DNA from: a virus
Lineage: Duplodnaviria; Caudoviricetes
Virus record (IMG/VR): IMGVR_UViG_3300032271_000676
Span: 1-55,469 of that record
DNA: 55,469 nt
Reading direction: 5' to 3' (one strand)
A program made the translations under genes and the position numbers. Positions 30,330 to 40,227 of this stretch are shown here, in pieces (position 1 is the first letter of the stretch; every line of letters starts with the position of its first letter). The notes below the pieces were generated by a model. The model did not search any database, was not told the DNA's origin, and saw only the letters and a list, made by a program, of their open reading frames with translations.

Positions 30330-32907
30330 GATGTTCTCCAGTTAAACTTCGTTGTGCCATATGCTCGGCCTCTATAGCCGAACGTTCTTGTTCTGCTTTA
30401 ACCTTTTCTTGATCCGCCATTAAAGTTTCTGTTTTCATTCTTTCATCAGTTAAATTGTTTTCCGCATTTATAGCAACATCTACGCTTCGCTCTTTTTCGC
30501 CTTCCATTGCTTTGAATTGCAATTCGTCTTGTTGTTCTTTCATTTGCGCTTGCAACGTTGCCTGTTTCATCTGCAGCTCTTGCGCATGTTCCGATTGCTG
30601 GGCCTGCAAAGTAGCTTGTTTGATTTGCGCATTCATCTGATCAGCTTGCGCTTTACGTTGCGTTTCTGCCTGTGCTGCTTGCGATTGCGCCATGACCGCA
30701 GGATCCATTGGTGGCTGCTGATGCTGCATGAGCTGCTGTAGCGTTTGAGTCATTTGCATCACGCTTGGCATGATCTGGGCAAATACTGCATGCGCATCAA
30801 GATGTACATGCTGCGATGCCGTCATAATCAAATTATCTATTGGCGCCGTTAAGCGCTTAGTATCATAGTTTTTAAGATCAATGTTTGTACCTTTTGTGGC
30901 ATAACGCTCAATCTGATTGCGATACCACAGCGACATATGTTGCTTGATATGCTCAAGCGCAGCCGGAAGAACTTGCTGCTGCATGATTGGGCTTCCGCCT
31001 AGATATGGGTCCATTGCAAACAAAATATGCGTGTTGATATGCGCAATATGATCTTGATTGGGATAAGCAAATGCATGATGCCCAAATACCATTGCTGCAT
31101 TTTCTTCTGCTGCATTTTGTTCTACGGGGCTCCTAGCGTCAGGCATAATCTCATTGATGTTTGGCACTTTTAGTTGCGCCAACACCTTGCTTAACACTAC
31201 ACGCATGTCAAAATGATCTGGATGCTGTGTAGCCAATTGCAAAATAGATTGGGCCTGCGCAATACGCTGTGTTTCTGAAAATATATGCGGATCAGATACC
31301 GGGATGATATCGCCGTTGCGCACAAAGTCCTGACGTTTGATTGTAAGATCTGCAACCAAATCGCCACGACGCATTTCATTTAAATGCCAACGATTAATAC
31401 GCCCTAATATCATTAAAACGCGCTTTTGCGCATCATGCAGACGCGCATGGATTGCAGAAAATACTGCAGCGCCTTGCTCAATCAGCGCTTGCGTCGTTCC
31501 GACTGGAGAATTAGACGTAACATCAGCTATCTTTTCTTCTGACGTTGTGACCACGCCCTTAGCCGCATCAGTAAGCCATCCAAGCAACTCGTAGAGGACT
31601 GTTGAAGGTGGATTAAACGGCATTGCCATAGCAATCTTTCTAACATCATCCACGCCTGCAGCGCCTTCAATCTCAGTAATCTGCGTAACTTCAATTTGGG
31701 GCGACTGTCCAGAAATCTTACCGCCTTTAATTTTAAGCATTGTAGGCGCGTTGTTAATATGAGCACTATCAAGCAAAGCCCGAAGAGTCCCAGTGAGAGC
31801 AGCTGAAAGGCCCCCAATGAGATGAGGTAATCCAATTGCATATGCGCCTCGCCACGGTATGAATTTAAACTCTACAATCCAATCGAGCTTGGTCATTGTC
31901 TCGTCACCGTCTTCCCAGTTACGGTACAAACCAAGCACTTCATTAGAATGGCTATCGAGCATCAGGATGTATGGCGCCATTTCACCATTAGAATAGCTGT
32001 CTTCCTCAAGCTCTAAGTACGTATAGATGTGATATACGCGCCGTAACCCATCGCGGTTTTCATCCCATTGCTTACCTTCAATTTTTTCATTAGCTTTTGA
32101 TGCCTTTGTCTGCTCTGGTTCCATCGCATAACGCGAAACAGAAATATCACGGTATAAACCACGCGATACACGGCGATCAAATTCCCATGAAGTAATATCC
32201 ATCTGCTCGGTAGCGCGTTGTGCCGTATAAAAATTGGCCGCTGCGAATGGCAACAGAATATTGTCAATCGGCACAAACTCTACACAAGGCCGTTTCTTTT
32301 GCTCGTCAAACCACATTTTGAAGAATTGCGAACCACCTAGAGGCAGCTGGGTAAGCAATTGCTCTTGCTCGTCCCGAAACTCCTCGATCTGCTCAGTAAG
32401 TTGCCAATTTGTAAAATCACGCTTGTTATTAGCTTTTTCTTGTTTCTCTTCGGTTGCCTCACCAAGAATTTTGGTACGAACCGGTCCGTCAGGCGGAAAC
32501 AATTCTTTGATGGCACGCGCTGCAAAATCAACGCACGCTTCAGCCATAACAGGGTGAACCACTTTAGACGCACCCATAAAGTTTGCTCCGCCGGGCGCAT
32601 CATTGCCTAGCCCCGTCCGTTTCAAACCTTCCTCGTATTGCTTGTCGCGTTGCTCTCGCGCCTGACGATCACGGTCAATATCATTCATTAACCGCATAGC
32701 TATTTGCGTCAGGTCGTAACTTTCCATCTCCTCTGCCATGTTGGCATAAAAGTCTTGCGACTCTTCAGGGCCTTTAAATTCCATATGTACAATTGCAGAA
32801 CCATCCGGCTGTTCTTCTACATCTGAAATTTCTTCGTCCAGCATAACCGTAGCCGAGCCGTCTTCATTCTCTTGAACGTCCGGCTGGTTGTCTTCTTGAT
32901 CTGCCAT
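30307..32907 (-). CDS. Portal protein (P22-like, long C-terminal barrel)
   Basis: 866 aa; VVHPVMAEACVDFAARAIKELFPPDGPV and PVGTTQALIEQG; Q-rich coiled-coil tail. Confidence 0.85.
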   Translation of the reverse strand: MADQEDNQPDVQENEDGSATVMLDEEISDVEEQPDGSAIVHMEFKGPEESQDFYANMAEEMESYDLTQIAMRLMNDIDRDRQAREQRDKQYEEGLKRTGLGNDAPGGANFMGASKVVHPVMAEACVDFAARAIKELFPPDGPVRTKILGEATEEKQEKANNKRDFTNWQLTEQIEEFRDEQEQLLTQLPLGGSQFFKMWFDEQKKRPCVEFVPIDNILLPFAAANFYTAQRATEQMDITSWEFDRRVSRGLYRDISVSRYAMEPEQTKASKANEKIEGKQWDENRDGLRRVYHIYTYLELEEDSYSNGEMAPYILMLDSHSNEVLGLYRNWEDGDETMTKLDWIVEFKFIPWRGAYAIGLPHLIGGLSAALTGTLRALLDSAHINNAPTMLKIKGGKISGQSPQIEVTQITEIEGAAGVDDVRKIAMAMPFNPPSTVLYELLGWLTDAAKGVVTTSEEKIADVTSNSPVGTTQALIEQGAAVFSAIHARLHDAQKRVLMILGRINRWHLNEMRRGDLVADLTIKRQDFVRNGDIIPVSDPHIFSETQRIAQAQSILQLATQHPDHFDMRVVLSKVLAQLKVPNINEIMPDARSPVEQNAAEENAAMVFGHHAFAYPNQDHIAHINTHILFAMDPYLGGSPIMQQQVLPAALEHIKQHMSLWYRNQIERYATKGTNIDLKNYDTKRLTAPIDNLIMTASQHVHLDAHAVFAQIMPSVMQMTQTLQQLMQHQQPPMDPAVMAQSQAAQAETQRKAQADQMNAQIKQATLQAQQSEHAQELQMKQATLQAQMKEQQDELQFKAMEGEKERSVDVAINAENNLTDERMKTETLMADQEKVKAEQERSAIEAEHMAQRSLTGEHHGKEQTK

Positions 32908-32909
32908 GA

Positions 32910-35900
32910 TTATCTAGCCTTTTTGTGTACTTTGTGATGATGTTGACTGCGCGTCATTAGATGTACCATCGCTTCACTATATTGCGACGGGAACGCTATA
33001 TGATCTTCAGGTAAATCTTCTTCTTCATGGTATGGGCTTGATGGGGCCGACACAGATCCACCTTCCGCCTTACGCATGATTTTTACTTCTTGCGGTTGCG
33101 CATATTGCTTGCCCATTGCTGCAATTTGTTTTTCAGGAGCGTCAACAACATACTCTCCATTGTTTTGCATTGCATGGGCAATGTCTTCTTCTCCGACATG
33201 ATGCGTAAACGTTGTATGGTGACCAACATGGCTTGTGGAAGTTGTTGGTGTTGTCAATAATATGCCACCAGCAATTTTTCCGTTCTTGGATCTGTAGCGT
33301 TCTTGCGCAGGAGGGAAATAATTGTTATCCAAAAACCGCGAGTCCGACGCAATATGATGCGTCACTTCTTGCATCAATGGTTTGCCATTTGAATCAGACT
33401 TGTACACCGTTTTCTTTCCAACTTTCTTAGGATTACCATCTTTATCCAACACAGGGACTTTGACTCTCTCTTTAATTTCTATCTGTCTTGGCGGAATGAT
33501 ATGTTGTCTTTGGTAATCAAACCGCAAGTTTCCTATCGTCTTATGGCCGTAATGCGCCTTATCTTCAGTTGTGGGTTTGCCTTCACCATCAAAATGCCCT
33601 TCTGGGCCTTCTTGAAGTTCTGCAGGAGTAAGATCGCTACCCATGCCTTCTCCATGCGATACAGCTCGTGGTGCGCTCCAGTATTTAGCATGAGTAAATG
33701 CTCTTTGCATTGCCTCATCCATCGGCGAGTAGCGTTTCACGTTCGTAACCATGTAACTGTTCTTTGGTGGCGTCAGGTGACCCTGCTCATTCATAAAATC
33801 CTTTCCTTGGCCACGGCTAAATCCCGTTTGAGCGCGAATTGTTTCACCTACACGCGCTTGATCCCGGTTAATGTTTTCCCGGATTGCCATCCCGTTTTTA
33901 ACTTTAGGACCAATGTTAGAGAACGTAGAAAAGATTCCATTCTCTGGATCGTGCAACTCCCCAGCCTTACCATAAGAATTCATTATGACGTTAGAAAGTT
34001 CATCTAACGGCTTTTGTCTTTTTTTTGCGCGTTTTTCGTTGACAGCGCTTAATTCGTTTTTATTAAACTGTTGACGCTGCTGGTTGAGTTTAGCAATCGC
34101 TATACGTGATGTGCGATCAGACTCATCTACTACGTTTGGGCGGAAAAGAAAGTTTTTATTTGCTCGATCTGCCGCCTCTACAGCTTTACGTAACGATCCT
34201 GTATGCGCCAATATCCAATCATTTGTCATTGCCGGATCGTGCTTGGCTTGCGCGTGTGATGCGCGACGTACTGACGCATTTACATATTGTGATTCAGCAT
34301 TAGGCGCAAAACATGTACCTTTGCTTGTGTCTACAGTTCCATTCTCATCTACCCCGCCGCCACATCCTTCTGTCTGACCGGGGCATGCATTCAGTATATA
34401 AAACTGTTGATTGTCCCCATGACCCGACGTATACAATGCATACCCAGCCACACCCTTTGATGCTTTTGCACTGAACGTTTTACCGTTTTCTCCGTGCTCA
34501 TTATTCACCGTATCAAGTTTCTCACTTGAATCCAGTGTGTCGGAGTCATGCCCAATATGTTTTGCCGCCTTTAACCGCTGTAGCGCCTGCTGCTCGGCAG
34601 CACGCTGTTCTTCTAATGGTTTGGCAAAGTGTTCATCCAGTGCTGCTTTATGAATTTTAGTTATCTGGCCTAAATTTAATGGTGGTCGCGGTTCCGATCC
34701 ATATATCTCAGCTCTGGCTTTATTAACCTCACGCATACCATCTACATTTTCGCCAGCTTTGGGACCCTCCCCAGCATACCTCTTGCCCTCCCACATATGT
34801 CGTGGCACGACTATGCTTCGCACTCCACCAGATCCTATCCCATGAAATTTTACGCGCGTTGGATTCTCTGTCTCTTCATATTCTTTAGGTTGTTTGCTTT
34901 CTACCTGCCCGCCATCTTTTAGCTTGACCACTCCAGTGGAAGGGATTCTCTGCTTCCAGCTCTCATAGGTCGGCAAGTCTTTCGTATCGGTTTGCTGATG
35001 CTCTTTGATGTACTGGTTGTATAACGCAGTCTCTTGCTGCATCTTGGCTTTCAAACGATCTAGCTCTTCCTGTATCCCCGCTGGTTTAGCGCTACCACCG
35101 CTTGCCATATGCTCCATCAGCTCTTCAAGGTACCGTAGATGCTTCATCTGCTCCCGATACTCAGGTGAGCCTATGTGGTGTAGTAATAAGTCGTGGGCTG
35201 TTTGCACAGATCCTCCTGTTGCGTACATAGGCAAACCGTGAGTCGTTACATCCTTGCGCATCTCTTCCGTGATGGGGAAGTGGTGAACAGTTTTATACAC
35301 AGATGGCTCTCTCAGTTCAGCTTCGGCTTTTGCACTGGCTTCATCCATTCCTGATTGAGTTTGGAATATGTTTTGCCATCCTTTTTGCGCGGTTTGATTG
35401 AACACTGGTATCTGCGTGACACCAGCCTGCACTCCATATCTTTTACCAAGCTTGTTGAGAGTGTTGGGTACTTTCTTGTCGTAAAACTCATGCATACCCT
35501 CACCACCAACTTGAAGATCAAGGCCGCTTAGTTCACGCCAACCATTTTCGTTTAGTTTTTGATTCAATAATTTTTGGGCTGCTTCTTTACCAATATAATT
35601 TGGTAATTCAGAGTTTGGTAAGTCGGTTTTTTCTAATATTAAGCGTTCGTCGTGATCAAACGCATGCAAGTTGCCTTTGTCGGGATTTCCAAAATCCATG
35701 TGTGTGATACGACCAATTTTTTTGCTAAGGTCATACCGTTTAGCCTGCTCCTGCCCCGGCGTAACGACGATACCTTGGTAGCCATTCTTGGCTGCATGGT
35801 GAATTAGGTGCTTCAGCGCCATTTCATGCCAGTTGTTCTTGAATGGGCCGTTGAGTATGCCTATGTTTTCTAACTTAGGCGGTTCTTGGGCATCCATTCT

Positions 35901-38024
35901 GCCAAGCTGAAAATGAATATTACGTTCCTTGTCTCTCAACTGTTGAGCCATAGGATCATAATAGGATTCAGCAGGCATCGATCTCAATTGTTCTTTGATT
36001 TGTTTTAACTCGTTAAAAAGCCCTTGCGCTTTTAATTCTTGCGCCTTTTGATGTTCTTGATTTATTCGTTCTTGTTCTGCTGCTATTTCTGCGTCTGTTT
36101 TTCTATATCCTCTATTTTTACCAGCCTGATGCCAATCCGATTGCAACTCTTCAAGATGCAACAGCTTCTCATTGTTTGGCCCTGTGCGATCTTTTAACCG
36201 CATGTGGGCTATAATGTTAGGTACGCCAAAATGAGAAGAATTAAAGTTGTTTAAAGAATTCATGCGATCGCGTGGAAGATGCAGCAACATCTCGCGGTAG
36301 TTCTCTCCACCGGGTAGCGTGTACTCTGAGTACTGCGGCTGGTCAGCCATGTCACGGTCCATGATGTTTTCACGGGCTACATCTTCCGCATGGTCCCATC
36401 TCATCGCCCCGCCATTTCCATGATCTCTATTGAAGATTTCATTGGCAAGTTCCCTAACCTCATCTTCATCTGGCTCACTATGCTTCAAGATCCGCTCTTG
36501 TATCTGTGGCGCTTGGCGCACCTGCAGCTCACGTAGCATCTGCTCCTTAGTCAACTTGGGGTGCGCTGCTAGTGCCGTCAGCCCTCGATCCTCTAACTCA
36601 TCCTTTTTGACGTTAGGCTGCTTCATAAGCTCATTGACGAACGCCTGTCCGGGACCTTCTTTACGCTTGATGTTCTGTGCGCCCTGATCAACTGCGGAAA
36701 ACAATCCACCCTTTGCCATCTTATGAATGCCTCCACCGGCAGCATAGCTCTCTGCTTTGCCATACTTAGGTCTATATGCCAACACCAACGGGCCAACTTG
36801 CAATACATGTTCTGCATGCGTCACAGGCTTCATGGTCTTACGGTCATAAAAGTATCCATGCCGACGAGGGTCGTAACCAATCTGAGCAAAGTCAGGGTGG
36901 TTAAGATACTTTCTCATATGCTCCACGGCTTCCTCTTCACCCATGTGGTGCAGCTCGCCTTTAATACGCGCAAATGGCGCTTTGCTTTGATCCCCGGTCG
37001 CAACTCTAATTGCTTTCTCAGGGTGCGGATCAAAGTGTGCATTCATAACTGCGGATACCGGGCCATATGCTGTAGGAAACTTACCCTCGCTTCCATGTTC
37101 ATCGTGAATTGAATTGACCCACACTCCGTGGTGCTCATACGCTGGGATATCTAACCGCAAACCAACCTTGCGACCCGCAGGCCACTTCTCAGCTGCTCTC
37201 CACCCAGCCTGCTTATTGGCCATCAGCGCACGTTTAGCATCCTCATCTGTCGCAGGCTTGGGAATAAACTCATAGGGATGTACAGGCTTTTCTTGATGCG
37301 CTATAGCGTCATACTCTTCTTTGGTTATTTTGCCTTCTACATATGCCTTAGCGGCCTTTTGGATCTCAGGATGGATACGCTGTAGGTTGGGGTCGTAATG
37401 TGTCGGCTTGACTTCAGGCTGGCCGCCGTCTTTATACACCTCTGGCAATCGAGCTGGGGATCGCGTCTTACCCGCCAGCGTATTCTGTGGGGTGACATGA
37501 GGCGATAAGCTTCCTACCCTGTTCCGAATCGCTTCCAAGTATTCTTCCTGACTATTTACTTTAGGCATGTCTTGCCATTCCGCATTCAATCTTACTAGTG
37601 CAGAATCAACGCCACTTTTGGCCAGCGCTCGGCTGCGATGGCGCCCCTCATGGCCTGATATGTGTGGCAAACTGTATTTATGCCCAGCATACATGTCTAA
37701 TTCAGGCACGCTATCAAACCCGCCCTCTATGCCTTGTAGATGCTTTATGTATTGATTGAATGGCATCATATTGTGCTCGCGGTCATAACGCGACCCACCC
37801 CGGATGTTTGGCATCGGCGTAGAATACTGCTCAAAGTTCTTAGGATCCATTGTCATCACCACACGGTGCTGACCTTCTGGAGCAAATGCACGCTTCAATG
37901 CGTCCAATGTATACATGTCTTCTAACTTGGGGATCTCATCGGCTGCGCGTTGCACACGCTTGCCACCATAATCACCCTGCAGTTGACGTATAAACTCTTC
38001 TAACTCTTTTAGTTTACTGGGCAT
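32910..38024 (-). CDS. Large polyvalent (multidomain) protein
   Basis: 1704 aa; ParB/Srx-like GHEGRHR domain, VGLRLDIPAY domain, EELQSDWHQ domain and Cys-containing CPxxxxGC...C domain, separated by x[AK]xGG motifs. Confidence 0.75.
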   Translation of the reverse strand: MPSKLKELEEFIRQLQGDYGGKRVQRAADEIPKLEDMYTLDALKRAFAPEGQHRVVMTMDPKNFEQYSTPMPNIRGGSRYDREHNMMPFNQYIKHLQGIEGGFDSVPELDMYAGHKYSLPHISGHEGRHRSRALAKSGVDSALVRLNAEWQDMPKVNSQEEYLEAIRNRVGSLSPHVTPQNTLAGKTRSPARLPEVYKDGGQPEVKPTHYDPNLQRIHPEIQKAAKAYVEGKITKEEYDAIAHQEKPVHPYEFIPKPATDEDAKRALMANKQAGWRAAEKWPAGRKVGLRLDIPAYEHHGVWVNSIHDEHGSEGKFPTAYGPVSAVMNAHFDPHPEKAIRVATGDQSKAPFARIKGELHHMGEEEAVEHMRKYLNHPDFAQIGYDPRRHGYFYDRKTMKPVTHAEHVLQVGPLVLAYRPKYGKAESYAAGGGIHKMAKGGLFSAVDQGAQNIKRKEGPGQAFVNELMKQPNVKKDELEDRGLTALAAHPKLTKEQMLRELQVRQAPQIQERILKHSEPDEDEVRELANEIFNRDHGNGGAMRWDHAEDVARENIMDRDMADQPQYSEYTLPGGENYREMLLHLPRDRMNSLNNFNSSHFGVPNIIAHMRLKDRTGPNNEKLLHLEELQSDWHQAGKNRGYRKTDAEIAAEQERINQEHQKAQELKAQGLFNELKQIKEQLRSMPAESYYDPMAQQLRDKERNIHFQLGRMDAQEPPKLENIGILNGPFKNNWHEMALKHLIHHAAKNGYQGIVVTPGQEQAKRYDLSKKIGRITHMDFGNPDKGNLHAFDHDERLILEKTDLPNSELPNYIGKEAAQKLLNQKLNENGWRELSGLDLQVGGEGMHEFYDKKVPNTLNKLGKRYGVQAGVTQIPVFNQTAQKGWQNIFQTQSGMDEASAKAEAELREPSVYKTVHHFPITEEMRKDVTTHGLPMYATGGSVQTAHDLLLHHIGSPEYREQMKHLRYLEELMEHMASGGSAKPAGIQEELDRLKAKMQQETALYNQYIKEHQQTDTKDLPTYESWKQRIPSTGVVKLKDGGQVESKQPKEYEETENPTRVKFHGIGSGGVRSIVVPRHMWEGKRYAGEGPKAGENVDGMREVNKARAEIYGSEPRPPLNLGQITKIHKAALDEHFAKPLEEQRAAEQQALQRLKAAKHIGHDSDTLDSSEKLDTVNNEHGENGKTFSAKASKGVAGYALYTSGHGDNQQFYILNACPGQTEGCGGGVDENGTVDTSKGTCFAPNAESQYVNASVRRASHAQAKHDPAMTNDWILAHTGSLRKAVEAADRANKNFLFRPNVVDESDRTSRIAIAKLNQQRQQFNKNELSAVNEKRAKKRQKPLDELSNVIMNSYGKAGELHDPENGIFSTFSNIGPKVKNGMAIRENINRDQARVGETIRAQTGFSRGQGKDFMNEQGHLTPPKNSYMVTNVKRYSPMDEAMQRAFTHAKYWSAPRAVSHGEGMGSDLTPAELQEGPEGHFDGEGKPTTEDKAHYGHKTIGNLRFDYQRQHIIPPRQIEIKERVKVPVLDKDGNPKKVGKKTVYKSDSNGKPLMQEVTHHIASDSRFLDNNYFPPAQERYRSKNGKIAGGILLTTPTTSTSHVGHHTTFTHHVGEEDIAHAMQNNGEYVVDAPEKQIAAMGKQYAQPQEVKIMRKAEGGSVSAPSSPYHEEEDLPEDHIAFPSQYSEAMVHLMTRSQHHHKVHKKAR

Positions 38025-39408
38025 ATGGGTTACCTCGCGTCTTCATAAGGTCGTAAGTATCGTCCCAGTCATCTTCCTTGGGCGCACGGTTGATCTCTAG
38101 CCAGCCAGTGTCTTTCAAGTACCGTAGCGCCTGTACCGCAGCGTCCATCAAATCGTCGTGGCTGCATTGCGGAAAGGAACACATTTGGCTTACTAAGGGC
38201 TCCGCCCAGTCTCGCACAAAACCCTTACGATTACCAGATTCTGGCATCCATACGCGGCCTGCAGCGATTACAGTTGCGGCAATGTGTAGGCGCTGGAGCT
38301 TGTCAGCTCTGCCCGGATTCCAACCGACCACCGGCAGATGCATGCGTCGCAGCTCCTGCAGCAGCGAGATACCCGCCGCCTTTTCCTCGATAACAATCAG
38401 ATCACACCGCTTCTGCTTCTTACCTGAACCGTAGCTAGTCTCCCATTCATCAAGTACTCGCGGCTTCAGATCTGGGAAGCTTAATCGTTCCTGCCAGCAA
38501 TCCAGCAGCAATACTGCTAATGGACCATCGAGCGGCTGAAAGATCCCCCATGTGGTGCAGGCAGTATAGTCATTGGTTTGCTTTTCGCCATAAGCGCAGT
38601 CATAGCTTGTAATAACAAACTGCAGCTCCTCTGGAAATGGTTTGTGGTTAGGCCACAGCTTGATCCACTCACGCTTTACAACGCCACCTTCCTCGGCGTC
38701 CAATATCTCGGCATGGATCTCTTGACGGCCTAGCTTAGTTTGCTCGTACTGTAAAATCTGCTCCCGGAATGTTGGAGACAGGTTATCAATGTTGGCATAC
38801 GTAGATGCACGATCCACGACAGTGGTCGGCGTTTCAATGATCTTGATCAGCAGGTCGCGAGGCTTAGGTGTAGTCGTTACAATTATGCGCGGGCTCTTGC
38901 CGAGGCGGAGGCCAAACATCATCATGTTCCAACAGTCTTCATCGCGCTGTATTGCAGCCAGCTCGTCTACCCATACCCAGCTGGTGTTCAAGCCCCGCAA
39001 ACGTTCTGGGTTCTCCGCGCTGACCGCACGTATCTGACTACCGTTCTTCAGATATATGATCATATCTGTCTTGTTGTAGTCCTCAATTAAAAATTCAGGA
39101 CATACCGCGAGCACCCCGCTCTCGCCTTCTATGCAAGTCAGCCTGCAGTCATTCGCAGTAGGAGCAATTATCAAACACCGGCTCTTCGGGTAAGTCCATG
39201 CCCACCACCACAATTGCTCCGCTCCAGAACGACTTTTGCCAGCCCCCCGACCCGCTATCAGCGCCCAGACCAAGTAGTCCTGCTCCATCGGTGGCGGTAC
39301 TTGATGCTTCTTCGCTCGGCTTAACCATTGGTACCTCGCTGCGTATGCGATGCGATCCAAATCTGCTAGTTCATCCTGCGTGTCCTGCAGTATCTCTAGC
39401 GCGCTCAT
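38014..39408 (-). CDS. terL: Terminase large subunit
   Basis: Walker A AGRGAGKS, Walker B VWVDELAA, TTTPKP, nuclease-domain HDDLMDA. Confidence 0.95.
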   Translation of the reverse strand: MSALEILQDTQDELADLDRIAYAARYQWLSRAKKHQVPPPMEQDYLVWALIAGRGAGKSRSGAEQLWWWAWTYPKSRCLIIAPTANDCRLTCIEGESGVLAVCPEFLIEDYNKTDMIIYLKNGSQIRAVSAENPERLRGLNTSWVWVDELAAIQRDEDCWNMMMFGLRLGKSPRIIVTTTPKPRDLLIKIIETPTTVVDRASTYANIDNLSPTFREQILQYEQTKLGRQEIHAEILDAEEGGVVKREWIKLWPNHKPFPEELQFVITSYDCAYGEKQTNDYTACTTWGIFQPLDGPLAVLLLDCWQERLSFPDLKPRVLDEWETSYGSGKKQKRCDLIVIEEKAAGISLLQELRRMHLPVVGWNPGRADKLQRLHIAATVIAAGRVWMPESGNRKGFVRDWAEPLVSQMCSFPQCSHDDLMDAAVQALRYLKDTGWLEINRAPKEDDWDDTYDLMKTRGNPYAQ

Positions 39409-39839
39409 ATCTCACCAGAGCGTATGCGCATCTCCAGATTAGTAAGTGCGGTTTGTATGGCCACCTTGATTGGCTGACCATCAGGCCCGCTGTATTCCGT
39501 CTTGTTTTCTACCTTGGTGACATGCAACCCTGCTGCTTTAGCACGACCCATCTCAGCCGTTATGGCTGCGTTGATGTTACCCATCTGCACGGCTTGATCT
39601 CTGAGCCACTCCATTACGTCTAAATGGGCTCTGAGCGTCAGCTGAACGTCCTCTACAGCAGGCGCTCTAAGCTCTTCGATCCTTGCCGTGATCTTGACGT
39701 TATCCATGACTTCTTTTGCCTTACGATGAACGCTCTCTGGTTTCATCTTTTCAGCATTGTAAGCCTGACGATAAGCTTCACTAGCATTGCCACATTCGAC
39801 GTATGCAAGGCAAAACTTCTCCTGTTTTTCCGTCAGCAT
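39405..39839 (-). CDS. terS: Terminase small subunit
   Basis: MLTEKQEKFCLAY..GNASEAYRQAY HTH; EYSGPDGQPI; overlaps the terL start. Confidence 0.9.
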   Translation of the reverse strand: MLTEKQEKFCLAYVECGNASEAYRQAYNAEKMKPESVHRKAKEVMDNVKITARIEELRAPAVEDVQLTLRAHLDVMEWLRDQAVQMGNINAAITAEMGRAKAAGLHVTKVENKTEYSGPDGQPIKVAIQTALTNLEMRIRSGEI

Positions 39840-39916
39840 GTTGTGTTCCTGTTAAGGGTTGTACATGCGACGCAATATATCAGGATTATTGTGTGTTGTG
39901 GGGAACCATCAAATCG

Positions 39917-40207
39917 TTACTCACCATGCATTCTTTCATTAGAGTATGTAAACGTTGCCGTGTTGCCATCAACTTCTATTAATACATCCCAAGTTTTCTT
40001 GCACCAAGCACATACCACGTAGTCAATCATATTGTGCAAATGTGATACATCATCATGGCCGCCTCTTACAGCAAGCGTTGTATCAGTATGGCCTGCAATA
40101 AAGTCACATTTATCTGGGATTTCGCAATCCGCGCAAGGATGTAAGTCCTCTGCATAAACTTTACAAACCGGTTCTCCATCGTGAGGTAATGCTGCTTGAC
40201 GTAACAT
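39917..40207 (-). CDS. Cys/His-rich hypothetical protein
   Basis: 96 aa, AGGAG RBS, CxxC motifs. Confidence 0.55.
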   Translation of the reverse strand: MLRQAALPHDGEPVCKVYAEDLHPCADCEIPDKCDFIAGHTDTTLAVRGGHDDVSHLHNMIDYVVCAWCKKTWDVLIEVDGNTATFTYSNERMHGE

Positions 40208-40227
40208 TAAATTCTCCTAATCGTTAT

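Noticed and set aside
335-39623. Many plus-strand ORFs opposite the late genes (e.g. 15845..16318, 24630..25328)
   Set aside because: Antisense shadows of long, tightly coupled minus-strand genes; no RBS or recognisable motifs
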